In this document: in pieces, positions 1 to 10,160 of the stretch | Numbering within the stretch: position 1 is the stretch's first letter | Layout of the letters: every line of letters begins with the position of its first letter | From: Ascoidea asiatica JCM 7603 | Taxonomy: Eukaryota; Fungi; Ascomycota | Length of the DNA: 64,000 bases | Assembly: GCA_001600695.1 (NCBI GenBank) | Contig: BCKQ01000001.1 | Location: 1,874,340-1,938,339 of the forward strand | Reading direction: 5' to 3' | Notes under the pieces: model-generated | The model's input: only the letters and a program-made list of their open reading frames with translations | Told to the model about the DNA's origin: nothing | Databases searched by the model: none | Program-made: the position numbers and the translations under genes

Positions 1-526
1 ACAGCCAATTTAATTCAAAAAAATCGAACTTTTCCTACAGGAAAAAAAACTTGAAACTATTTTCAAAGGCTAATCATCAGTAGGGTTGATAACCGTCAAA
101 ATTTTGAAATATTAATATTGGATAGAATTGGTTTGTAATATTTGCTTTCAAATATGGTTGTCACAGGTTAACTTTATCCAAAAAAAATAAAAAAAAACTG
201 TTACTTCACAAAACAAAAGAATAAATAATGTTTGAATGTTCTTTTGGATTCTAATACATCTCAATAAGGGAAAATTGGTAATAATTTTTTAAATTCAAAA
301 TACTAATAATTAATAATTCATTTTCTTCCAAGATGAATAGTTGATTTATTTTCTGAGACATAATTTTTCAAAACTGATACAGAGCTATTTTTCAAAAAAG
401 ATTTTTTAATGTCAATATTCTTTTTGTCGGAGAAATAGAGTATGTTATTGAAAGCAATTGAAAAAATATTAGCAAATATAAAATAAATTTTTAACAATAA
501 GTAAATAATTAAGTCTATAGAAGTTT

Positions 527-1678
527 TTACATTATCTTTGGTATTTGATTTTTAACATCATTAAAATCGTTAATTGCAACGTTTAACACAGGTTCTAAAA
601 GGTCATCAGTATTTCCGGAAGCTTCAAGACAAAAAGATTTATTTTTGATAATATTATCAATAAATTTATTCAATTGTGTTGGTCCAAAATTTATGTATTT
701 GTTCGCCTTTAATTTTCCACTCAAATGCTGAATATTTGAAACAAAATCTACAACTTTATCACAATTATTGACGAGATTTGAAATTAGTTTATTTGAATCA
801 TTCATAACTAATTCACTCTCATAATTCGTCAATACAGGTTTAATCAATGTAGAATTGAATTTATAGTTAATATCGTTTTTAATGAAATCATTTAGCCTTG
901 AATTAACATAATTAAAATATTTTGAATGAAATGGTAAAATCAAAGGTAATTCAATAATTTTAAGTCTCTTGATATTCAATTTTTTTTTCATTTGTTCAAT
1001 TTCGGTTTCAATTTGGTCATTTTTGTCTTCTCCAGTTATAACTATCTGAGAATATGAATTAATATTACTTGGATAAATGCTAATATCTTTTTGATTGAAT
1101 AAATATTCTCTTATATACCCAAAAGATTTTGCATTAAACAATAAGCAAATCATTTTAAATTTTTTATTCTCTTTAATAACTTCTTCCATTAATAATCCTC
1201 TTTTATTCACCAATTTTAAACCATCTTCAAAATTAATCAACTTGTTGAAATACAAAGCATTATATTCACCAACTGAATGTCCAATTATAAAATCCACTTT
1301 ATCAATTATATTAAAATTAAAATATTTTTTTAAAACCAAATCTATAATTACATTAGATAAAAAACTACTTGGTTGAATTTTTGATGTTTGTAAGAAATAC
1401 TCTTTATGATTTTCACTATCGAGTAAATTATTTACAAAATTTGAGTCACTTAAAATTTCATTACTTTGTTTCAATATTGGCTCTATAAAATTATTTCTTT
1501 CTTTATCATATTTAATAAATTCATTTAAAAAAGTGAAATTGATATTTCCTTGACCTGGAAATGTTAATACTGTTTTACCTTCTTTACCGGTAGATGTTTG
1601 ACTGAGTGTGGATAATGGATTTGACGATTTTAATTTGTTTGGCAATCTAATTGTTTTCAAATTAAGACTTTTTATCAT
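527..1678 (-). CDS. MCT1: Mitochondrial malonyl-CoA:ACP transacylase (FabD/Mct1)
   Basis: FPGQG motif, QP motif, catalytic GHSVGEY, PFHS. First ATG is at 1678 (MIKSLNLK..., basic presequence-like); the ORF track's 1708 start is a TTG. Confidence 0.9.
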   Translation of the reverse strand: MIKSLNLKTIRLPNKLKSSNPLSTLSQTSTGKEGKTVLTFPGQGNINFTFLNEFIKYDKERNNFIEPILKQSNEILSDSNFVNNLLDSENHKEYFLQTSKIQPSSFLSNVIIDLVLKKYFNFNIIDKVDFIIGHSVGEYNALYFNKLINFEDGLKLVNKRGLLMEEVIKENKKFKMICLLFNAKSFGYIREYLFNQKDISIYPSNINSYSQIVITGEDKNDQIETEIEQMKKKLNIKRLKIIELPLILPFHSKYFNYVNSRLNDFIKNDINYKFNSTLIKPVLTNYESELVMNDSNKLISNLVNNCDKVVDFVSNIQHLSGKLKANKYINFGPTQLNKFIDNIIKNKSFCLEASGNTDDLLEPVLNVAINDFNDVKNQIPKIM

Positions 1679-1871
1679 TATACTTCTTTCTGCTGTTATA
1701 TGAATCAAAGGAGAATCCTTAGTTTTTTGATTATTTTATGTTTCTTTTATTTTTATTTTATTTTTAATTATATAAATATATATTATAAGAATTGAAATTT
1801 TGTAGACCGATAAAAATATATTGAATTGAATATAATTTAATTCAATTCCGCGATTGATTTTGATTGATTGA

Positions 1872-3671
1872 TTATGATGAATTTTCGTTTCTTAATTTTT
1901 CAAATTTATGAATTTCATCGAAAAAAGGTAATTTTAATGCTCTTTCTGCAGATATTCTTTTATTTGAATATAAATTAAAACATTCTTTTAATAATTCTAA
2001 AGCATTTTTGAATTCATAACCCATTTTATTATCTTGAGTTGTACCATTTTCGTTTAAACCTTGAAAAGTTTCTTCAATTGCAACTGAGTCTGTTGGTAAT
2101 GTTTGACTTTCTTTTTCAGTATTAATTGCCCAATAAATAATTTCACCCATTGAATAACCAGAACCTTTTAAAGTCATTAAAGAAGATTCTAAACCTAAAC
2201 CATGTAAAGCTGCGACTTTTTTCATTTTATTCAAACCAAATAAAGAAGTTAATTCAACTAGAGCATCAACATCATCAGGAGAATTAAAAAAAGGATATCT
2301 TCTACTTAATAAAGTTAATAATATTACACCACAAGACCATATATCAATTTTAGTTGTTTGATTTGGACATTTGAATAAAACTTCAGGAGATCTAAAACCT
2401 CTAGTACCAGCTCTATTTGCTCTTCTACCAGGTCTTGAATCATCTTTTGGATAACCTTTTGAATTTGCTTTTGATTTTGTAATTGTATCTAAAGGTAAAC
2501 CACCTTTAACACATGGACATATATAATTATTTTTATTTTTTGATTCTTCTGGAGTGTATTCTTTTTCAGCTAAACCAAAATCAACTAAAATTCCTCTTTT
2601 TTTAAAAGGATCATATAAAAAATTAGTTGGTTTAATATCTCTATGAATAATTTTTTTTGAATGAACAAAATATAAAGCTTGTAATAATTCAAACATATAA
2701 ATTTTAACACCGTTAATTGGTAAATCTCTAAAATAATCTCTAAAATCAGCATGATTATAATATGGTATCACAGCTATAATTTGATCTTGAAATCTTAAAG
2801 CATCTAATAAAGGAGCAACTCTTTTACAACCTGTTAAAGTATATAATAATTGCAATTCATTAAATATTCTTTGAGGACTTGAAGTTACATATATTCTTTT
2901 TAACGCTACAATTTTATATTTTTTTTTTTTTTTTGAATTGAGATTATTATTTGAAGTATTTGAAATATTTGAACTAATCGAAGTTTCACTTGATTGTTTT
3001 GAAGAAATTTTTTGTTTTTTTTTGTGAGGAGTAATTATTATATCCTTGTTATTATCATTATTATTATTATTTGTATTATTATAAAAAAATTCTGAAACAT
3101 TATTTAAATCAAAAGCTTTATAAACAGAAGAAAAAGTACCTTCACCAATTTTATCTAATAAATAATATTTTTCTTTTAGGCCTGGAAAAGTTGAATTTAA
3201 TTCATGAATTTCACTGATTATTTCATTTGGTATAAATTCAGTTGATTTCGAACCATTGATACCATTATGATATTTTACTTTCATTTTTGAATTATTTATA
3301 TTTTTATCTATATTTATATCTGTGCTTATAATTGTATTTATATTTATATTTGTATTGGCGGTTGATAATATTTTTGTCGATTTTGATTTTGGAGTATTTA
3401 TATTCATGTATTGAGTAGAATCTTCATTTTGATTATTCAAAAGAACATTATTTGAAGAGTTATTGATTGAATTAATTTGTAAACTTTCATTTTCACAAGG
3501 TTTTGAAGACGTTATTAATATTGGTATATTCTTATCAATTTTATTCTCATTTTCATTTTCATTTTCAATCTCAGATTCAGATTCATTTTCGGATTCATTT
3601 TCACTTTCAATATAATGTTTTTTTGATTTTGATATGGAAATATCAGTTTCAACAATTGATGAAGATGTCAT
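1872..3671 (-). CDS. CDC7: DDK catalytic subunit Cdc7 kinase
   Basis: KIGEGTFSSVYKA, VALKRIYVTSSPQRIFNEL, HRDIKPTNF, DFGLA, RRANRAGTRGFRSPEVLFKC are Cdc7-diagnostic. Confidence 0.96.
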   Translation of the reverse strand: MTSSSIVETDISISKSKKHYIESENESENESESEIENENENENKIDKNIPILITSSKPCENESLQINSINNSSNNVLLNNQNEDSTQYMNINTPKSKSTKILSTANTNININTIISTDINIDKNINNSKMKVKYHNGINGSKSTEFIPNEIISEIHELNSTFPGLKEKYYLLDKIGEGTFSSVYKAFDLNNVSEFFYNNTNNNNNDNNKDIIITPHKKKQKISSKQSSETSISSNISNTSNNNLNSKKKKKYKIVALKRIYVTSSPQRIFNELQLLYTLTGCKRVAPLLDALRFQDQIIAVIPYYNHADFRDYFRDLPINGVKIYMFELLQALYFVHSKKIIHRDIKPTNFLYDPFKKRGILVDFGLAEKEYTPEESKNKNNYICPCVKGGLPLDTITKSKANSKGYPKDDSRPGRRANRAGTRGFRSPEVLFKCPNQTTKIDIWSCGVILLTLLSRRYPFFNSPDDVDALVELTSLFGLNKMKKVAALHGLGLESSLMTLKGSGYSMGEIIYWAINTEKESQTLPTDSVAIEETFQGLNENGTTQDNKMGYEFKNALELLKECFNLYSNKRISAERALKLPFFDEIHKFEKLRNENSS

Positions 3672-4656
3672 TGAATTATTTCTTTTTATAATCTATTTTA
3701 TATGATATTCCTTTGATTTTTTCTTTTTTTTTCAGTTTCTGAATCTGGGGATCTAATTTCTGAACTGAAAATCTATAATAGAAACAAACAGTGGGTTTTA
3801 AATTCTTCCAAATTATTTCAAAGACCTGCAAAGATATAACTCAAAAGAACTAAAAGAATTTGAATAAAATAATATTTAAAATAATATATAATTTTGATAT
3901 TATTTGAATATATCTGGAATCAAAAGAAGTGAAAAGAGCTGCTCAAACGCGAAGAAACTTTTTAGCCTCTGCGAAATCAGCAAAAGTCAAAAATCAAAAA
4001 GAAAACAAAACAAAAACAAAACAGCAGAAAAAGAAGCACCCAAACCGAGACCAGAACTGCGGATGGCCTTCCTCTTCAGACCACGGCTAGCAAACTACTT
4101 TTATTACTAATAAGCAGTACTCCATCCAAATCTCCAATATTTCAATATTTCAACATTTTAATATTTTAATATTTTAATATTCTAATATTCTGATATATTT
4201 ATCGGATTATACCCCAGGAGGTGATTTTTATTTTTTCTTCACGAAGCTGTTCACCTATCAAAAATGATTTCCCAATTGTTGTTCATCATGATTAATGATA
4301 CCACCTTTCTTTCAGCAAATGATTTTGGAATGCTTTGCTAGTCTCAGATCAACCACGACCACAGTTCCATTTACTCATTTCTAGAATGTTTCGAGCCACA
4401 CTTATTAGGTTATTCAGATATTTAGATTCAAGATTCGAGATTATTAATTCATTCCTAAGTTTGCTTTCTTGGAGATCTCGAGTTAGATGTATTTATTATT
4501 CTTATGAATAACAAAAGGTTTTAGTGGAATTAGATTTTATTATAAAAGGGCTTATGATTAACCTCTTATGAAAAAGTTGTCAGTTGAGAAAAAATGTTAG
4601 ATTATAATATTATAAATTAAAAGTATTGAAAAAAAGACCTATAGACTGTATTCAAA

Positions 4657-5967
4657 ATGATTCCAAAAGAATTCCAAGATTCAACAAATGTAGAATTTGA
4701 TATTGAAAAATTAAGAACAAAATATATTCCAGATTTGAATATTGAAGAAATCGATAAAAAATATAATCTTAAAGAATATGCAAAAGCAAAACCAACTTTA
4801 AATAAACCCAGAAATATTTTAAAACTTTCAGTTATAGATTTTTCAAAATATAAAGAAGGTCCAGAAGGTCTTCAATCCAGAAAAGAATTAGCAAAAATCT
4901 TAGAAGATTCATTATCAACTATTGGTTTTTTTAATATTATAAATTTTGGTATGAATGATAAAGAATATGAAAAAATATTTTCAATAAGTCAATCAATTTT
5001 ACAATTACCACAATCTGATAAACTTAAATATCGTTCAGGTGCTTTAAAATCTGATGAAGAAGATAAAAAAAATTCAATTGGTGCTGAAAGAGCTTTTGGT
5101 TTTAAACCAAAAGGTTATTGGTCAATTAATAAAAAAGTTAATGATAATATTGAATTTTTTAATTTTAAAGATTTATTACATGATGATTATTTATTTGATT
5201 TTAAAAATAAAAATTATCCAGAAATTGCAAAAGCTCATTTACCTGAAATTGCAAATTATTATAGATTTTTACATTTTATAATTTTAAGAAAATTATTAAA
5301 TTTATGTGATTTAATACTTAATTTACCTGAAGGTTATTTATGGGAAGATCATTTTAAAGTTATAAAAAATGATTTATTAAATTCTGGTGGTGGTAGAGGT
5401 AGATTGATGATTTATCACGGTTTAACAAAAGATCAATATAAATTAACAAATAATACTCAATTAAGAGGACATTCTGATAGTTCTGCATTTACATTTATCA
5501 AAAGTTTTTCAGAAATTTATTGTTTACAAATTAGAGATTATTATTCTGGGGAATGGAAATTTGTTGAACCAATAAAAAATTCAATTTGTGTTAATGTTGG
5601 TGATGCCTTTGAATTTTTAACAGGAGGATATTTTAAATCTTCAATTCATAGAGTTGTTGCACCACCAATTGATCAAATAAATTTTAAAAGAATCTCATTA
5701 ATATATTTTTCAAATTGTAAATTTACTTCAATTATGGATCCTGATCATTTAAATTCAAAAAAATTAATTTCCTTAGGTTATAAAAAACCAAAAGATTGGG
5801 AAAGTATTCAATTTAAAGATTGGGCAAATGAAAAATCAAGATTATTTGGTCAAAAAGATTTAAATGATGTTGATGGTGATGAGCCAAAACCAGTAAAATT
5901 ATTCGGTAGATTAGCAGAAAGATGGCATCAAGCTTATAAAACTGAATCAAAAATTACAAAATTATAA
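4657..5967 (+). CDS. 2-oxoglutarate/Fe(II)-dependent dioxygenase (IPNS/DIOX-like family), substrate unknown
   Basis: N-terminal LSVIDFS...GFFNIINFG (DIOX_N-like), HxD in GHSDSS, NVGDAFEFLTGGYFKSSIHRV, RxS in RISLIY. TATAAAAG lies at about 4541. Confidence 0.88.
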   Translation: MIPKEFQDSTNVEFDIEKLRTKYIPDLNIEEIDKKYNLKEYAKAKPTLNKPRNILKLSVIDFSKYKEGPEGLQSRKELAKILEDSLSTIGFFNIINFGMNDKEYEKIFSISQSILQLPQSDKLKYRSGALKSDEEDKKNSIGAERAFGFKPKGYWSINKKVNDNIEFFNFKDLLHDDYLFDFKNKNYPEIAKAHLPEIANYYRFLHFIILRKLLNLCDLILNLPEGYLWEDHFKVIKNDLLNSGGGRGRLMIYHGLTKDQYKLTNNTQLRGHSDSSAFTFIKSFSEIYCLQIRDYYSGEWKFVEPIKNSICVNVGDAFEFLTGGYFKSSIHRVVAPPIDQINFKRISLIYFSNCKFTSIMDPDHLNSKKLISLGYKKPKDWESIQFKDWANEKSRLFGQKDLNDVDGDEPKPVKLFGRLAERWHQAYKTESKITKL

Positions 5968-7370
5968 TCAATTAAATACTATCTATTATTTATTCAAATA
6001 TATATATATATCAATAAAAAAAAATACTTATTAATAAACACTTATTAATATATACTTTTCAATAAACTCTTGAACATTTTCAATCACTATTTGCTTCATT
6101 TTTTATAAAAGTATGCAATTTATTCACTCAACTGAGGAAATAGCACGTGAGTTTCGGAATTTGAACCGTGTTTGGATTTAAAGAATCTCATTGCGCTCGA
6201 TAGTAAACTTTATGTATAGAATACTTTATGCATAAAAACATTAGCTTACTTTAGCTCTTAAACTTCTACAACCTTAAATCAAAGATTAAGATTTTCTTGC
6301 ATTAAAATCTGCATCTGTAGAAAGCTGTATACAAAGCTTACGGGTGTTTGAATTCGCAGAGAATCTTACAGACTCCTGTTAGCAGGGGTAAGAAATTCAT
6401 GAATCAAACGAGCACCCCCGTTGAACACCCCCCATCAAGAGCTGAATTTTGGGAAAAGGAACTGAATTGATTCGGTTTCCAAAAATTCATTGGTTTTTCT
6501 AGACTCAAATTTCTAGGATTACCTGAAATTATTAACCTTTTTTTGTCTAAATTTTTAGAAGAATGTTTCAATTTATTCTCTTATTTGTTCTTTTCAACTG
6601 GAAGTCTTTGAAATCATTTATATATTTGAAAGTACGAAAGCATAGTTACTTACAAATAGTCCTTATTGTCATTTTCAATCCCTGCTTTCCGTTCAATAAG
6701 TTAAGATAGGTTTTGTACTGTAAAGTTATGAGGCCCTTCAAATATAATACATAGTATACTGTATATTAGATAATACATACTATCATTTCAAAACCTCTTT
6801 TCAGTATATTTCTGGGCAATTTAATGAATTTATTCAAGCCTTAAGTAGATTTGATTCTTTCAAGTTATTGTGGTTTGATGATCAATTTGATCATCTAGAC
6901 AATAATGCTGGGCAAACTAATTCAAAAAATGTAAAAGAGAAAAAATAAAACTATTTAAATGCAATAATAGCCTTTGACTGTTTTATTTGGTAGTGATTTT
7001 TTTAAGTTATTGCTAATCAATTAAAAGGAAATACAAAGAAAGAAATTTATAAAGAAAAAGTTGAATATTGAATAAATAAATAAATATGAAGTTGACTGAA
7101 TTAGAATCAAGTGATAACTAATTAGGAAGTACGAAATGAATAAGAATTAAATAAAAAGTAAATGAAAACTAAAGTATACTAAAATAGATGAATTGCTATA
7201 AAAAAAAAACGTAAGATTTTTTTGAGTAGCATCTGTAAATCTATGCTAATAAGAAATAAAAGGTTGTAAAAAATGACAAATTAAAAGGAAAAAAAAAGGG
7301 TATCAATAGACTTTAAAAAACCAAATTATCTTTCACAAGCGTTTGAAAGACTATTCTTGTTATTGATTAT

Positions 7371-10160
7371 TTAATTACTGTTGTTATTATTATTCAAATG
7401 ATCATTATTGTTAATCACAAAGTGCCGCTTATTTTCATAAGAAATACTTTCATTAAAAGACGAATTTATATTAGGATTATTTTGATTATTATGATTATTA
7501 CCAATATTACCGCCATTTAAAAAGGATGTATTATTTCCATTATTATTAATAACTTGATTTTCCAGATTGTGATTATTATTTACTTGAACCAAATGTTGAG
7601 GAGCACCATAAGCATTAAAAAATTGATTATTAGAATTTTCATTTGAAGAAAATGGATGTGGTTGAGGAACTCCAAAGGAATTTGAATAAGTCGGAGTATT
7701 AAATGGATTTCTACTTTGATTTGGAGAAATGTGAGAAGTTTGCTGAAGTTGTAATATATTTTGACCAGAATATGATATGTTTGTAACGTTATCAGAAACT
7801 TGAGGCAGAAATTTTTGAAAAGAATCAATATTTTTATTAACATTACTGAGGTTTTGTTGATTATTGTTAATATTGTTATTGTTATTATTATTATTATTAT
7901 TATTGATAGCATAGTGGTTATAATAATTGGTTGGTATTTGATTTTGAGCAATGTTCAGATTCATATTCATATGCATATTTAAGTTTGGATTTATATTTGC
8001 TCCTAGATTTGAATTACCATTATATAATGGTTGAACGTGATAATACTGTGAAGAATTTATAGAATGAGAGTGTATTATATTTCCATTATAATCATAAAGA
8101 ATATTATTATTTCCATTACTATTAGTTATAAAATTTGAGTTTATGTTACTGAAATTTATAGGTACTTGTGTTAAGTTTGAAGTATTCTGATTTGAATTAT
8201 TCATGGATAAAAGTTTTTCTTGAGAAGCAAAGATATTTTTATTTTCAATAGGATCATTAGTTTTAGTAATTTTTTGACTATTATTATTGTTAAGACTATT
8301 AACATTAATATCTTTACGATTATTATTATCCGAGGTAATTTTATTAAGATTTCTATATTTCAAATTATCTAAAGGTCTTTCACCCATAGAATTAATTAAA
8401 GATTTTTGAACTTTCATATTCAATGTTTTTCCATATTTAGATTTAAAGAAATCATTAATTGCATTTTCAAAATTAAAGGCACAAAGTATAATTCTCGAAT
8501 TATCATTTAAATCTAAAATTCCATTTAATAAATCTCTTTTTAAAATTCTTTCTTCTGTATATAAAGCAGAAGTTGTAGTTCTTGGCAATAGATAAATTCT
8601 CATATCAGATTTATATCTTGGTCTTGCTACATTTTTTTTTAAAAAAGTTGTTGAAGGTCTATCACCAATTTTACCAATTGTATTAAATTTATCATTTGAA
8701 ATCTGTTTATCAAGTATTTTTTGTTTTTCAGAAGGAGTATATAATTTATTATCATCATCATCAGTAAGGTATAAATTGCCTGGCATTGCAGTTTCCAATT
8801 TCAACAAAACTGCACCACCTGCTTCATTTGCAGCAGCTCTGGTAACTCTAATTAAAGAGTACTCTTTTAAATTGAATAAGGAATAAATAGACTCATCGAT
8901 GGTATTGAAAACAGAAACTTTATTTTTCTCAGAACTTATTTCAGATTTTTTACTCTTATTCTTGTTTTCATTTATACTTTTAGTTTGTTTTTTTCTTTGA
9001 TATTTTTTTTTATTTTGATTGTTAAAAGAAGTGATTGAATTGGAAGTTGAAGAAAATAAAGTAAAATTACGTTCAACTTCCTTTTCCTTTTCATTTTCTT
9101 CTTCTGGTTTTTTGTTTTCTTTTTGTTTTTGTTTTTCTTGATTTTCTTCCTTCTGTTTTTGATTTTGAATATCTTTTTCTTCTTGACTATTTTTCTCAAT
9201 ATATTTAACAGATTTTATATTTAATGGATTAGTAAATTTGAATTTTTTATTTGAAAAATCAATTGATTGTAATTCTTGATTTGTTAATGATTGATTATTA
9301 CCATTTTTAAGAGTATAAATAGTTTTAGCAGAAGCATCAGTAACTAAAGTTGAATATAAAATTGCTAAAGATTGAACTAAAGCTAATCTGATATTTGTTT
9401 CTGGATTTAAAGGTCTACCTTGAGGTCTTGAAGCGCCGGTGCGCCGCTGAACAGCAACAGAAGATCTTCTGCTTATTGGTCTTTTTCTTCTTGATAATTT
9501 AACAATTTGATCAGAAGAATTAATTTGATCTAATTCTGTTGAGTTTCTACTGTTGTTTGAAGTAGAAGTAGAAGTAGAAGTAGAAGTAGAAGTAGAAGTA
9601 GAATTTGAATTTGAATTTGAATTTGATATTGCATTTGAAATCAAATGTTCATTTGAGTTTGAATTAGAATTGACTCTTGAATTAGAATTAGAATTTACCT
9701 TTGAATTTGAAATGGAATTGGTATTTAAAGAAGAAACTGAAGAAAGTCTTTTAATTTTATTTAAATTACTTGGATTTATAATATTATTTGAATTATTTAA
9801 GTTATTTGAAGTATTTGGATGAATTTCATTATTTAAATTGTTATTTAATTGTAAATGAGCATTATTATAATTGAAATTTGAATAATTTGTATAATTTTGA
9901 TAATTCTGATAATTTGGATAATTATAAGTATTATTTATATAATTGTTTGGATAAGTAGTATTATTATAATATGTGTTATTAGGATATATATTATTAGGAT
10001 AATTATAGTTATTGTGATTATGATGAGATGAATTAATTGAATTGATTGAATTGATTGAATTGATTGAATTTTCTAAAGGTTGTTGATGGTTATTTATATT
10101 CATATTTGATATTGGAGGTAATCTTAAAGATTGATTTTTTTTATTACTTTCATTATTCAT
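7371..10160 (-). CDS. Asn-rich putative transcriptional regulator with a conserved central domain (tentatively Rsf1-like)
   Basis: 929-aa ORF with host codon bias. N/Y-rich low-complexity termini flank an ordered basic core (RRKRPISRR...RPQGRP...LAILYSTL...YSLIRVTRA...ARPRYKSDMRIYLLPR). The family assignment is recollection only. Confidence 0.6.
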   Translation of the reverse strand: MNNESNKKNQSLRLPPISNMNINNHQQPLENSINSINSINSINSSHHNHNNYNYPNNIYPNNTYYNNTTYPNNYINNTYNYPNYQNYQNYTNYSNFNYNNAHLQLNNNLNNEIHPNTSNNLNNSNNIINPSNLNKIKRLSSVSSLNTNSISNSKVNSNSNSRVNSNSNSNEHLISNAISNSNSNSNSTSTSTSTSTSTSTSNNSRNSTELDQINSSDQIVKLSRRKRPISRRSSVAVQRRTGASRPQGRPLNPETNIRLALVQSLAILYSTLVTDASAKTIYTLKNGNNQSLTNQELQSIDFSNKKFKFTNPLNIKSVKYIEKNSQEEKDIQNQKQKEENQEKQKQKENKKPEEENEKEKEVERNFTLFSSTSNSITSFNNQNKKKYQRKKQTKSINENKNKSKKSEISSEKNKVSVFNTIDESIYSLFNLKEYSLIRVTRAAANEAGGAVLLKLETAMPGNLYLTDDDDNKLYTPSEKQKILDKQISNDKFNTIGKIGDRPSTTFLKKNVARPRYKSDMRIYLLPRTTTSALYTEERILKRDLLNGILDLNDNSRIILCAFNFENAINDFFKSKYGKTLNMKVQKSLINSMGERPLDNLKYRNLNKITSDNNNRKDINVNSLNNNNSQKITKTNDPIENKNIFASQEKLLSMNNSNQNTSNLTQVPINFSNINSNFITNSNGNNNILYDYNGNIIHSHSINSSQYYHVQPLYNGNSNLGANINPNLNMHMNMNLNIAQNQIPTNYYNHYAINNNNNNNNNNNINNNQQNLSNVNKNIDSFQKFLPQVSDNVTNISYSGQNILQLQQTSHISPNQSRNPFNTPTYSNSFGVPQPHPFSSNENSNNQFFNAYGAPQHLVQVNNNHNLENQVINNNGNNTSFLNGGNIGNNHNNQNNPNINSSFNESISYENKRHFVINNNDHLNNNNNSN

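Noticed and set aside
9553-9822. Shadow ORFs such as EVEVEV/EFEFEF and poly-L/I ORFs (also 7580, 7800, 14810, 16852, 23477, 24881, 31444, 34274, 39594)
   Set aside because: They overlap real genes in another frame or strand and are by-products of codon microsatellites.
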